A DNA stretch of 37,744 bases, taken from Verrucomicrobiota bacterium. Its GTDB lineage: Bacteria; Verrucomicrobiota; Verrucomicrobiia; Limisphaerales; Palsa-1400. The position numbers and the translations under genes were made by a program. Each line of letters starts with the position of its first letter. Position 1 is the first letter of the stretch. Below are positions 22,627-31,307 of this stretch, piece by piece. The DNA is taken from assembly GCA_050015895.1 (NCBI GenBank), contig JBEKAN010000003.1, positions 1-37,744 of the forward strand, read 5' to 3'. Below the pieces are notes generated by a model that saw only the letters and a program-made list of their open reading frames with translations, had not been told where the DNA came from and did not search any database.

Positions 22627-24719
22627 GCGACCCCTCCACACCCAAACCCCCGCCGTTCACGCCGCCGGTGTCGTCCTTTGGCGGGCCGATTGCCGAAATG
22701 ATCGCGCAGCAGATGCTGGCGCCGCCGGGGCGTCCGGGATTGCTGGCGACGTTGAACCAATATGAAATCCAGCGCGTGCTGGGCGGGGGCGGCATGGGGA
22801 TCGTGCTGCTGGCGCGCGACACCAACACGGGGCGGAGCGTGGCGGTCAAACTGATCCGGCCGGAACTGGTGGCCGACCCGCAGATCGTGCATCGGTTCGT
22901 CAAGGAGGCGGGCCATTTGCAGAAGCTGCGACATCCCAACGTGATCCCGGTGCTCGAGATTTGCGACCGGGCGGCCGGCCCGTATTTTGTCATGCCGTAT
23001 TTTGAGCGGGGAAGCCTGGCGGCGCGGATTCGGCCGGGGCAGGGGCTGGACGCGATCTTTATACTCGACATTGCGCCGCAAATCGCGGCCGGGCTGGAGT
23101 TCGCCCACCGCCGGGGAATCATTCACCGCGACCTCAAGCCGGCCAACATTTTGCTGGCGGGGGACGTCCAGGCCTGTCTGGCGGATTTCGGGCTGGCGCG
23201 GACGATGTTCAACGACACGATAGTGGACGCGGAGCGCCAGCAATGCGAGGGCACCGCGCCTTACATGTCCCCCGGCGTGGCCGCCGGAAACGCGGAGGAC
23301 ACGCGCTGCGACATCTACGCCTTCGGGGCGCTGCTCTACGAAATGCTCACCGGCGAGCCGCCTTACGCGGGAGGGACCCTGCAGGAGATTCGCCGGCAAA
23401 TCCTGGCGACCCCGCCGAAACCGATCAAGGAACGAAACGCCCGCGCGGACGGCGGGCTTTGCGCGGTGGCCGAGGGCGCGATGGCGCGGGAATTGCGCGA
23501 CCGTTACGCGGACATGAGCGACGTGGCTGCCGATTTGCAGCGAATCAAGGAGGGCAAAGCGCCGGTGGGGCCGCACGGGTTGACGCGGGCGGGTCTGCGC
23601 CAGGTGCGGCGCGTCTCGCCCGTTTTGTGGGTTGCGGCGGGCGTCATTGCGGCGGCGGCGGTGGTCTCGTCTTTTATCCGCCCCGCCACCCAGTCAGAGC
23701 CTGGGCCGCTTGCTCCGGTGGTCGCGGCCACGAATCCACCACTCCCCAGGGTGAACCCGCCGCTTGTGGCAAACCCCCCGCCACAAACGCAGCCGCGCTG
23801 GACGGCCTCGATTTTTGCCGGACAGTCCGGGGTCGCGGGCAGTCAGGATGGGAGGGGAACGAACGCGAGTTTTCGGACGCCCGGCGGTGTGGCGGTGGAC
23901 ATGCTGGGCAATGTCTATGTGGCCGATTCGGGCAACCACACCGTTCGAAAAATCACCCCGGACGGGACGGTGGCGACCCTGGCGGGACTGGCGGGCAGCC
24001 GCGGGAGCCTGGACGGCCGGGGAAACGGCGCGCGGTTTTTCGCGCCTTTTGGAATTGCAGTTGACAGTGTTGGGAATGTTTATGTGTCGGAAGTGGGCAA
24101 TTGCACGATTCGCAAGATCACGCCCGACGGACAGGTCAGCACCCTCGCGGGGCTGGCGGGGAATCCGGGGAGCAACGACGGTGTGGGAGACAACGCCCAA
24201 TTCCGCAATCCATTCGGCGTGGCGGTGGACGCGAGCGGGAATCTGTACGTCGCGGACACGAGCAACTTCACCATCCGCAAGGTCACGCCCAAGGGGGTGG
24301 TGAGCACCTTGGCGGGTTTGGCGGGCGCTCACGGCGGCGCCGACGGCCCTGGCACGAACGCGCGATTCTGGGAACCTCGGGCGGTCGCGGCATATTTCCA
24401 GGGACAGGTCTATGTCGCCGACACCGGCAACCACGCCATTCGGAGAATCTCTCCGGGCGGGGTGGTTACCACTGTGGGCGGGAGTGGGCAGTTTGTCGCC
24501 GCGGGTGCTTCTTCGTCATTCATTTGGGTGGCCGACGCCGAAAGCCGCGCGATTCGTGGTCTGCCTGTTTCCGGCGACGCGGTGACTCTGCGGGTGGACG
24601 CGGACGTGGGGCACCCTGATGCGCTGGCTGCGGAAGGGCATGGGGACATCTACGTGGCCGACACCATGAACAACGTCATCCGCAAACTGACCCCGGCGCG
24701 GCCCTCCCCCGGCCGGTAA
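22623..24719 (+). CDS. Membrane Ser/Thr protein kinase with extracytoplasmic NHL repeats
   Basis: GGGGMGIV, VAVK, HRDLKPANI, DFG and DIYAFG; TM helix; Pro-rich linker; repeated P.GVAVD..GNVYVAD..N.TIRKITP. Start at ATG 22623. Confidence 0.95.
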   Translation: MSDPSTPKPPPFTPPVSSFGGPIAEMIAQQMLAPPGRPGLLATLNQYEIQRVLGGGGMGIVLLARDTNTGRSVAVKLIRPELVADPQIVHRFVKEAGHLQKLRHPNVIPVLEICDRAAGPYFVMPYFERGSLAARIRPGQGLDAIFILDIAPQIAAGLEFAHRRGIIHRDLKPANILLAGDVQACLADFGLARTMFNDTIVDAERQQCEGTAPYMSPGVAAGNAEDTRCDIYAFGALLYEMLTGEPPYAGGTLQEIRRQILATPPKPIKERNARADGGLCAVAEGAMARELRDRYADMSDVAADLQRIKEGKAPVGPHGLTRAGLRQVRRVSPVLWVAAGVIAAAAVVSSFIRPATQSEPGPLAPVVAATNPPLPRVNPPLVANPPPQTQPRWTASIFAGQSGVAGSQDGRGTNASFRTPGGVAVDMLGNVYVADSGNHTVRKITPDGTVATLAGLAGSRGSLDGRGNGARFFAPFGIAVDSVGNVYVSEVGNCTIRKITPDGQVSTLAGLAGNPGSNDGVGDNAQFRNPFGVAVDASGNLYVADTSNFTIRKVTPKGVVSTLAGLAGAHGGADGPGTNARFWEPRAVAAYFQGQVYVADTGNHAIRRISPGGVVTTVGGSGQFVAAGASSSFIWVADAESRAIRGLPVSGDAVTLRVDADVGHPDALAAEGHGDIYVADTMNNVIRKLTPARPSPGR

Positions 24720-24859
24720 AATCAATTTCGCGGAGTCTGCAAGATCCCGGTGCGCGCTCCGTAATGGAGGAGGAGGAACCGGGCCGGGCCGCGCGAGGGA
24801 GCGCGGCTCATTCCTTTTCAATGGAAAAGCTGGCGCTGCCCGGGTAGAGTTCGATCCAG

Positions 24860-25273
24860 ATGAGAATCGCGCCTCCGTTGCTGGCGTTGTTGGTTCTGGC
24901 GGGTTGCGCTTCGCCCGGCCCCAGCAACACCGCGCCAGCCCCGACCGCGGAGAAACAGCCCGGCAATCCCGACAAGCATCTGGTCCTGGATCCCGCCTTG
25001 ATTGGCAGCTTGCGCGTGTTGGGGGTTCACACCACAACCGGGGCGGACGGCTTGCTCAAGTTTCAAGTGGACGTTGAGAACCTCAGCGCCGCGGCAAGGA
25101 CAATCATTTATCAAATTGACTGGCTGGACCGGGACGGCCTCTCCCTGGGGATTCAGTACGACGACTTCCGCTGGACGCTGATGCCCCGCGAAACAGCCCC
25201 CTTGAGCATGACCGCACCCACGCCGCTGGCCAGAGATTTCCGGCTCCGGTTCCGCCCGCGCGGCAATGACTAG
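24860..25273 (+). CDS. YcfL/DUF1425-like lipoprotein
   Basis: Lipobox LAGC; Y.IDW.D.DG and APTP.A..FR motifs. Confidence 0.8.
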   Translation: MRIAPPLLALLVLAGCASPGPSNTAPAPTAEKQPGNPDKHLVLDPALIGSLRVLGVHTTTGADGLLKFQVDVENLSAAARTIIYQIDWLDRDGLSLGIQYDDFRWTLMPRETAPLSMTAPTPLARDFRLRFRPRGND

Positions 25274-26046
25274 CCCAATTCCTGCTTGAGATTCTTGAGG
25301 GCGTCGCGCACCTCGGCGGCCTTTTCGTAATCCTCGTTCCGGACGGCCTCGGTGAGGGCGTTTTCGAGCCGTTCGCGGGGGGACAAGGGCCGTTTGATCT
25401 GCATTTCCTTCTGGATCTCCTGCAACCAGGATTCCAGAGAGAGGATTTCGCCGCTTTGCTCCATCAGGTCCAGGCGCTCGTGTTCGCGGTAGAATTGGCG
25501 GATTTCCTCCAGGCCGCTCTCCACCAGTTGGAGGACCTGATCGTAGCGATTGGCCTTGAGGGCCACGGCCCCGCGGGCGCGAATGCGCATCATCAGCAAC
25601 TGGGGGCGGAACTGCTGCAGCGCCCAGGCGATTTCCTCGGAGCCGGCGTGGCGCTGGACAAAATCGAAAACCTTGAGATTCCGGTCGGTGTCCCGCAGCA
25701 CCCCGTCGTAATCCTCCAACTGGAACAGGCAGATATAGCGGTGATGATACTGAATGGCCTCCTGCTGGAGCCGCGCGCAATCCTCCGGCGTCAACCGGAA
25801 CGCCTTTTCATCCCCGCGCCGCTCCTGCTGAAATCTCTCCAGTTGCGCCTGGTAATACTCCAGCAACGATTCCCGACCGTAGGGGTGTTTGCCGTCGGGA
25901 CGGCCCTGCGCGTTCATTTGCAACATGCCCAGGTCCACGCGAAGTTGGATTTTCTCCTCACCGTCGTTGCCGCGAAATTTCCTGACCACGACCTGGCCCG
26001 GCTGATAATCCCATTGGTCCAGGAGCGGCGAAATGTCAAAGCTCAT
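25270..26046 (-). CDS. UvrB/UvrC (UVR) motif-containing protein
   Basis: C-terminal LTEAVRNEDYEKAAEVRD; N-terminal IQLRVDLGMLQM..GRPDG. Start at ATG 26046. Confidence 0.85.
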   Translation of the reverse strand: MSFDISPLLDQWDYQPGQVVVRKFRGNDGEEKIQLRVDLGMLQMNAQGRPDGKHPYGRESLLEYYQAQLERFQQERRGDEKAFRLTPEDCARLQQEAIQYHHRYICLFQLEDYDGVLRDTDRNLKVFDFVQRHAGSEEIAWALQQFRPQLLMMRIRARGAVALKANRYDQVLQLVESGLEEIRQFYREHERLDLMEQSGEILSLESWLQEIQKEMQIKRPLSPRERLENALTEAVRNEDYEKAAEVRDALKNLKQELG

Positions 26047-26052
26047 TGGGAT

Positions 26053-26081
26053 AATATGGCCCCCGCCGCGCCCCAAGTCAA
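26053..26081 (-). promoter_or_regulatory. Putative sigma70 promoter, probably leaderless transcript
   Basis: Minus strand TTGACT-17 bp-CATATT, then 6 nt to ATG 26046. Confidence 0.55.
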
Positions 26082-26104
26082 CGAGGGGTTAAGGAACGGT
26101 CGCG

Positions 26105-26923
26105 TTAAGGCTCGGGGCCGTTGTTGTTGATGGCCCACTGCACGGCGGGGTTGGTCCTGGGCAGGTCGTAACGAATGCTGCTGTTGCGCTCGGTGGCGCC
26201 ATGACCGTCGAAAAACAAGACGTTCACCTCCCCCAGATGCCGCGGTACGGAGCGGGAGTCGCCGATCTGATTGGTATAACTGCTGTCGCTTGGCACGCGA
26301 AAATACGCGCAGCCTGTCGTCGGGACTTCCACCCAGTTGTCCGCGTTGGGTTCGGTGTAATTTGTAACTTGGGCCGCATCCGCAAGCTCGATGAACTGAC
26401 TGGGCCTGGCCACTTTGTTCTCGAGATTGGTGCCATAGAGCGGGAAGGGGAAGCGCGACGGGTTCGCTGGCGCCAGCCACCCGTATTCGGGATAATTCAT
26501 GCCGATGCCCAGGGTGAAGTCCTGGGTGTCGGCCGCCCCGCCGGCCTGGATGGCCGGCTGGGTGAGCACGGGACAATTGAAGATTTGCGGCCCCGGGATG
26601 TGGCCGTCCAGGCGGAGTTTGTCCGGCCACCAGAGGAACATCGGGTCCTGGATGAGGAAGGTGTCGGAATCGTATGTCCAACTGGGCCAGCCCGGTGCGC
26701 CGGGTTGGACCCACAACGGAATCAAGGTTCCGCGGTTGGCATCCATGTAGAGTGTGGTGGCCACCCCGATCTGCCGCATGTTGCTGAGGCAATTGATAGC
26801 CTTGGCCCTGGCTTTGGATCTTGCCAGGGCGGGCAGGAGCAACGCCGCCAGGATGGCGATGATGGCAATCACCACCAACAATTCAATCAAGGTAAACGCG
26901 CTCTTGGCTTTTGCCTTCATCAT
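26105..26923 (-). CDS. Prepilin-type N-terminal cleavage/methylation protein with H-X9-DG motif (DUF1559-like)
   Basis: [34 protein letters not shown] and [14 protein letters not shown]. Confidence 0.93.
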   Translation of the reverse strand: MMKAKAKSAFTLIELLVVIAIIAILAALLLPALARSKARAKAINCLSNMRQIGVATTLYMDANRGTLIPLWVQPGAPGWPSWTYDSDTFLIQDPMFLWWPDKLRLDGHIPGPQIFNCPVLTQPAIQAGGAADTQDFTLGIGMNYPEYGWLAPANPSRFPFPLYGTNLENKVARPSQFIELADAAQVTNYTEPNADNWVEVPTTGCAYFRVPSDSSYTNQIGDSRSVPRHLGEVNVLFFDGHGATERNSSIRYDLPRTNPAVQWAINNNGPEP

Positions 26924-27110
26924 ATTCAATAACACCCTCAATTAGACACCTCCTTGGCGATTTGTGTCAAGTCCTTACTATTTATAGGTATATGTCCGCC
27001 GGAGAGCAAAAAGGGACAAGAAATGTGCGCGGAAGCCGAAAGCGGGCGTTTTTTTTTCGTTTTGCGCGGATTTGGGCTTAAAATGGCTTCGACAATGAGA
27101 TGGAAATCGC

Positions 27111-30100
27111 ATGCCCGTTGAACTGACAGAAGCCCTGCTCGGCAAGGCCGCGGGTTGGGAGGTGATGAAACGCGCCCGCCTCTCCCTGGGGCAGGGCCGG
27201 GTGCTCAGTTCGTTTTGGGCCGCGCCGCTCCTGCGCGGGGTTGTGCAGGAGGGGGAAAGCTCTTTCCGCGCCTCGATGGTGATCCACAGCGACGTGGACA
27301 TCGAAAACCTCTGCACGTGCCGCGAGGCGCGGGAGTGGGGGAAAATCTGCGCTCATGGCGTCGCGGTCGGTCTGCACTGGTTGAACGGACAGACGACCCC
27401 AGCCGCCCCGGCTCTGGAGCGTCCTCTGGAAGGCGGGTCCGCGGAGGCGCTCGCGGGCCGGGGATCTTGGACGCCGCGGCGGGATGCCGATGGCGAACCG
27501 GCCGCGCTGTGCGTCATTCTGCCGCCGAATTTCGAGCAAGCCGTCGCGCGCGGCAAAGTGATGCTGGTGTTGGAGGCGCAATGGACCGGGGGACGCGGAC
27601 CGCTCAACGCCCCGCCCAAGGGCCGCCGCTTCGCGTTCCCGCCGCCGGACAGCGCCATCCTGGAGCGGCTTGAGATTCTGACCGGCGGCCAGACGCCTGC
27701 CGTCCTGCAAATGCAGACAGAGGATTTCGCGTCGCTGCTCCCGGCGTTGGCGGACCATCCGAACATTACCCTTGGCAGAAGCTGCGCGGTCACCGTCACA
27801 ACAAAGCCGTTGCAAATTCCGTTGCGCGCCAATCTGGAGTCGAACGGCGAAATCACCGTGGCCCAGGCTGGTGGAGGCCGGCCGACGCTGGTTACGATCG
27901 GGGACTGGGTTTGGCGGGAGCACACCTTGCAACCAGTGGGCCTGCCGCCGGCAATCCGGGAGGTGCTGCGGGGACCGGTGCGCGTGCCCAGATCGCAAGT
28001 GCCGCAGTTCCTGAGTCTGCATTGGCCGCAACTGGAGGCGACCGGCGGCCTGGAAGCTAATTTCAAGGCGGAAGATTTCACTCTGGAACTCCAGCCGCCC
28101 CGTTTTCTGCTGGAACTCAAGGGCGGCCTCGCGCGACTGGGTGCGCTTGTCCAATGCGCCTACGGTCCGCGCCTTGTGACGGCCGGCGTGACCGCCTCCG
28201 GTGAAAGTGCGTGGCTGCCGGATCCGGAGGTGACGACGCGCTACTCCGCGCGCGATTTGGCCGCCGAGGGCGCGGCCCTGGCCCGATTGCGGCGCGGCGG
28301 CTTCACCGGGCCGGACGCGCAAGGCGGGCTGCAATTGACTGGACAGGAGGGGGTCCTGAATTTTTTCGCGGCCGAACTCCCCAGGTTGCAACGCGAGTGG
28401 AGGGTGACTTTCGAGGAACGCCTCGAACGCGGCGCCGCCAGGAGCCTCGAACGCATCCAACCGCGGTTTCAAATCACCCCCGGCGCGCAGTGGTTTGATT
28501 TGGGCGTGGTGTTCGAGTCGGGTGGCGGGGAGGTGTTTTCGGCGGCGGAAGTGCAGCGGCTGCTCCTCTCCGGCCGCAGCCACACGCGCCTGGCGAACGG
28601 GAAGACGGCGGTGATTGACACCTGCGCGGTGGAGGAGTTGCGGGAAGTGTTGCTGGACTGCGATCCTCGGCAGGAGGAGGGCGGCTGGCGCGTCCGCAAC
28701 ACCCAGGCGGGCTTTCTGGAGGCGACCCTGCGGCAGCACGCCGATTGGGTGGTGCGGGCGCCCTCGGCCTGGCGCGAGCGCGCGGCCGTCCAAAGCGGCG
28801 AGGCCAGGCCGGCCTGCCCGCCGCTGGGGGATTTGGAAAATGTGCTGCGGCCCTACCAGAGGGACGGGGTGGGGTGGCTGTGTTTTCTGAGGGAAAACGA
28901 ATTCGGGGGCATTCTGGCGGACGAAATGGGGTTGGGGAAGACGCTCCAAACCCTGGCGTTCCTGAGCACATTGCCCAAGCAACCCCGCCCGCATTTGATT
29001 GTCTGCCCGACGAGCCTGGTCTTCAACTGGCTGGCCGAGGCGAAGCGATTCACGCCCGCCCTGAAAACGCTCGCGCTGCACGGGCCGGACCGGCACACGC
29101 GGTTCGGGGAGATTGCGGGCTGCGACATTGTGGTGACCAGTTACGCGCTGATTCGCCGCGACGCGGAGCGGTACCGCGCCCTGGAGTTCGACACTATCGT
29201 GCTGGACGAGGCGCAGCACATCAAGAACCGGCAGACCCAGAACGCGCAAGCGGTCAAAGCGGTGAACGGGCGGCGGCGGATTGTGCTCACCGGCACGCCG
29301 TTGGAGAATTCCGTGCTCGATCTCTGGTCCATCTTTGACTTTCTCATGCCCGGCTACCTGGGAAGCGCCCAGGATTTCCGCGAGCGATACGAATTGCCGA
29401 TCACGCGGGAGAAGAGCGGCCCTGCGCAGACCCGTCTGGCGCGGCGCCTGCGGCCCTTTCTGCTGCGGCGGCTGAAGAAGGATGTGGCGTCCGATTTGCC
29501 GGCCCGGCTGGAGCAGGTCTCCTATTGCGAACTGACGCCCGACCAGCGGAGTGTCTATCAGCAAGTCATTGAAGCCGGCCGCAAGGAGATGCTGGAGGCG
29601 GCCGGGGCGCAGGGCGCGGCCAAGAGCCGGATGCTGGCGCTCACCGCCTTGCTGCGGCTGCGACAGGTGTGCTGCGATTTGCGCCTGCTAAAATTGGATG
29701 GAGTCGTCCCCGCCAACGCCTCCGGGAAACTGGAATTGTTCGACGAGCTGTTGGAGGAGGTCATTGACGGCGGCCATCGCGCGCTGGTTTTCAGCCAGTT
29801 TGTCAGCCTGCTGGCGCTGGTGCGGGAGAGGCTGGCGGCGGAGGGGATTGAGTATTGCTATCTTGACGGCGCCACTTCCGACCGGGCGGCGGTGGTGGAG
29901 CGGTTTCAAAGAGAGGGCGCCATACCGGTGTTTCTCATCAGCCTCAAGGCGGGCGGGGTGGGGCTGAACCTGACGGGCGCGGACACGGTGATTCATCTTG
30001 ATCCCTGGTGGAATCCGGCGGTGGAGGACCAGGCGACGGGCCGCGCCCATCGCATTGGGCAGACCAAGGCGGTGACCAGCTACAAGCTCATCGCGCGCGA

Positions 30101-30227
30101 CACAGTGGAGGAGAAAATCCTGGCGCTGCAAAACCGCAAACGCGAAATCATCGAGGCCACCATCGGGGGCGAGGAGGAATTCGCCGCGTCGCTGACCTGG
30201 GGGGAAATCCAGGAACTGCTGGCCTGA
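27111..30227 (+). CDS. SWIM zinc finger SNF2-family helicase
   Basis: CTC......CAH (SWIM); ADEMGLGKT, DEAQ, TGTP, SLKAGGVGLNLT and RAHRIGQ. Confidence 0.95.
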   Translation: MPVELTEALLGKAAGWEVMKRARLSLGQGRVLSSFWAAPLLRGVVQEGESSFRASMVIHSDVDIENLCTCREAREWGKICAHGVAVGLHWLNGQTTPAAPALERPLEGGSAEALAGRGSWTPRRDADGEPAALCVILPPNFEQAVARGKVMLVLEAQWTGGRGPLNAPPKGRRFAFPPPDSAILERLEILTGGQTPAVLQMQTEDFASLLPALADHPNITLGRSCAVTVTTKPLQIPLRANLESNGEITVAQAGGGRPTLVTIGDWVWREHTLQPVGLPPAIREVLRGPVRVPRSQVPQFLSLHWPQLEATGGLEANFKAEDFTLELQPPRFLLELKGGLARLGALVQCAYGPRLVTAGVTASGESAWLPDPEVTTRYSARDLAAEGAALARLRRGGFTGPDAQGGLQLTGQEGVLNFFAAELPRLQREWRVTFEERLERGAARSLERIQPRFQITPGAQWFDLGVVFESGGGEVFSAAEVQRLLLSGRSHTRLANGKTAVIDTCAVEELREVLLDCDPRQEEGGWRVRNTQAGFLEATLRQHADWVVRAPSAWRERAAVQSGEARPACPPLGDLENVLRPYQRDGVGWLCFLRENEFGGILADEMGLGKTLQTLAFLSTLPKQPRPHLIVCPTSLVFNWLAEAKRFTPALKTLALHGPDRHTRFGEIAGCDIVVTSYALIRRDAERYRALEFDTIVLDEAQHIKNRQTQNAQAVKAVNGRRRIVLTGTPLENSVLDLWSIFDFLMPGYLGSAQDFRERYELPITREKSGPAQTRLARRLRPFLLRRLKKDVASDLPARLEQVSYCELTPDQRSVYQQVIEAGRKEMLEAAGAQGAAKSRMLALTALLRLRQVCCDLRLLKLDGVVPANASGKLELFDELLEEVIDGGHRALVFSQFVSLLALVRERLAAEGIEYCYLDGATSDRAAVVERFQREGAIPVFLISLKAGGVGLNLTGADTVIHLDPWWNPAVEDQATGRAHRIGQTKAVTSYKLIARDTVEEKILALQNRKREIIEATIGGEEEFAASLTWGEIQELLA

Positions 30228-30230
30228 TGG

Positions 30231-30272
30231 AGGACTGGGATTAAGATTAGGAGTAAGATTAGGATTAAGAAT
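30231..30272 (-). repeat. Hexamer array (AATCYT family, reverse orientation) x7
   Basis: aggact gggatt aagatt aggagt aagatt aggatt aagaat, ending immediately before ATG 30273. Confidence 0.9.
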
Positions 30273-31253
30273 ATGACCGCCACCATCACCGTTCATTCCA
30301 GCCAGTTCCCGGAAAATGTCCGGCGCGACCTCATCCATTCACTCCACGCGCGGAGTGTCAACCCCAAGTTCCACTACGACACCTACAAGCAATCGCAAAA
30401 GTGGCTGGCCCTGCACGAGGCCCATTCGCCCTCGCGCACGGATCCCGCCTGCGCGGCGATTTACGATCTGGCCTTTGCCGCCACCGCGGAGCGAATTCCC
30501 GCGCCGCGGGTCCGGGTGATTGCGCTGGGCTGCGGCGGGGGGCAGAAAGAGGCGCGGTTGCTGGGCCTGCTGGCGGGGCGGGGAAAGGAGCTTTCGCACA
30601 CGCCCTGCGACGCGAGCTTGGCGCTGCTGCTCACCGCCCGCCAGGCGGTGCGCGAGGCGGCGGCGGGGGATATTCCGAGCTATCCGATCCTCTGCGACTT
30701 GGCGACAGCCGGCGATCTGCCCCTGGTTTTCGGCCCCTCGGCGGACGCGGGCGTGACGCGCTTGATCACCTTTTTCGGCATGATTCCCAATTTTGAGCCG
30801 GCGCTGATTCTGCCGAGTCTGGCGGACCTGACGCGACCGGAGGACTGGCTGCTCTTGAGCGCCAACCTGGCGCCCGGCCCCGACTATGCGGCGGGCATGC
30901 GGCGCATCCTCCCCGGCTACGACAACCCGCCGACCCGCGACTGGCTGACGACCTTCCTGTACGATCTGGGATTCACGCCCGGGGACGGGGACGTCCGCTT
31001 TGGCGTTGAGACTTCGGCGGAGGGGCTGAAGCGGGTGGTGGCGGACTTTTATTTGACAGAGAGTCGCGCGCTGACGGTGGAGGGGGAGCATTTTGAGTTT
31101 CGCGCCGGGGAGAAGATCCGGCTCTTTTTTTCCTATCGCCACACGCCCGACCGAATCCGCGCCCTGCTCAAGCTCCACCAGCTCGAAGTATGCGAGCAAT
31201 GGCTGGCCCCGTCCGGGGAAGAAGGCGTTTTTCTGTGCAGGAGACTTGTCTGA
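30273..31253 (+). CDS. EgtD-like SAM-dependent methyltransferase (Methyltransf_33), divergent
   Basis: PKFHY, LGCGGGQK, FFGMIPNFEP, GYDN and EKIRLFFSYR, collinear with EgtD-family motifs. Confidence 0.75.
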   Translation: MTATITVHSSQFPENVRRDLIHSLHARSVNPKFHYDTYKQSQKWLALHEAHSPSRTDPACAAIYDLAFAATAERIPAPRVRVIALGCGGGQKEARLLGLLAGRGKELSHTPCDASLALLLTARQAVREAAAGDIPSYPILCDLATAGDLPLVFGPSADAGVTRLITFFGMIPNFEPALILPSLADLTRPEDWLLLSANLAPGPDYAAGMRRILPGYDNPPTRDWLTTFLYDLGFTPGDGDVRFGVETSAEGLKRVVADFYLTESRALTVEGEHFEFRAGEKIRLFFSYRHTPDRIRALLKLHQLEVCEQWLAPSGEEGVFLCRRLV

Positions 31254-31307
31254 TTCAAGGAGGAGGCCGCGAACCGGCCCGGCTTCCGTGAATGAGCCGG
31301 TCGTGGG

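Noticed and set aside
27111-31253. SNF2 helicase plus methyltransferase as a defence system (DISARM/BREX-like)
   Set aside because: The methyltransferase is EgtD-like (small molecule) with no DNA-MTase motifs. SWIM-SNF2 is a widespread stand-alone gene.
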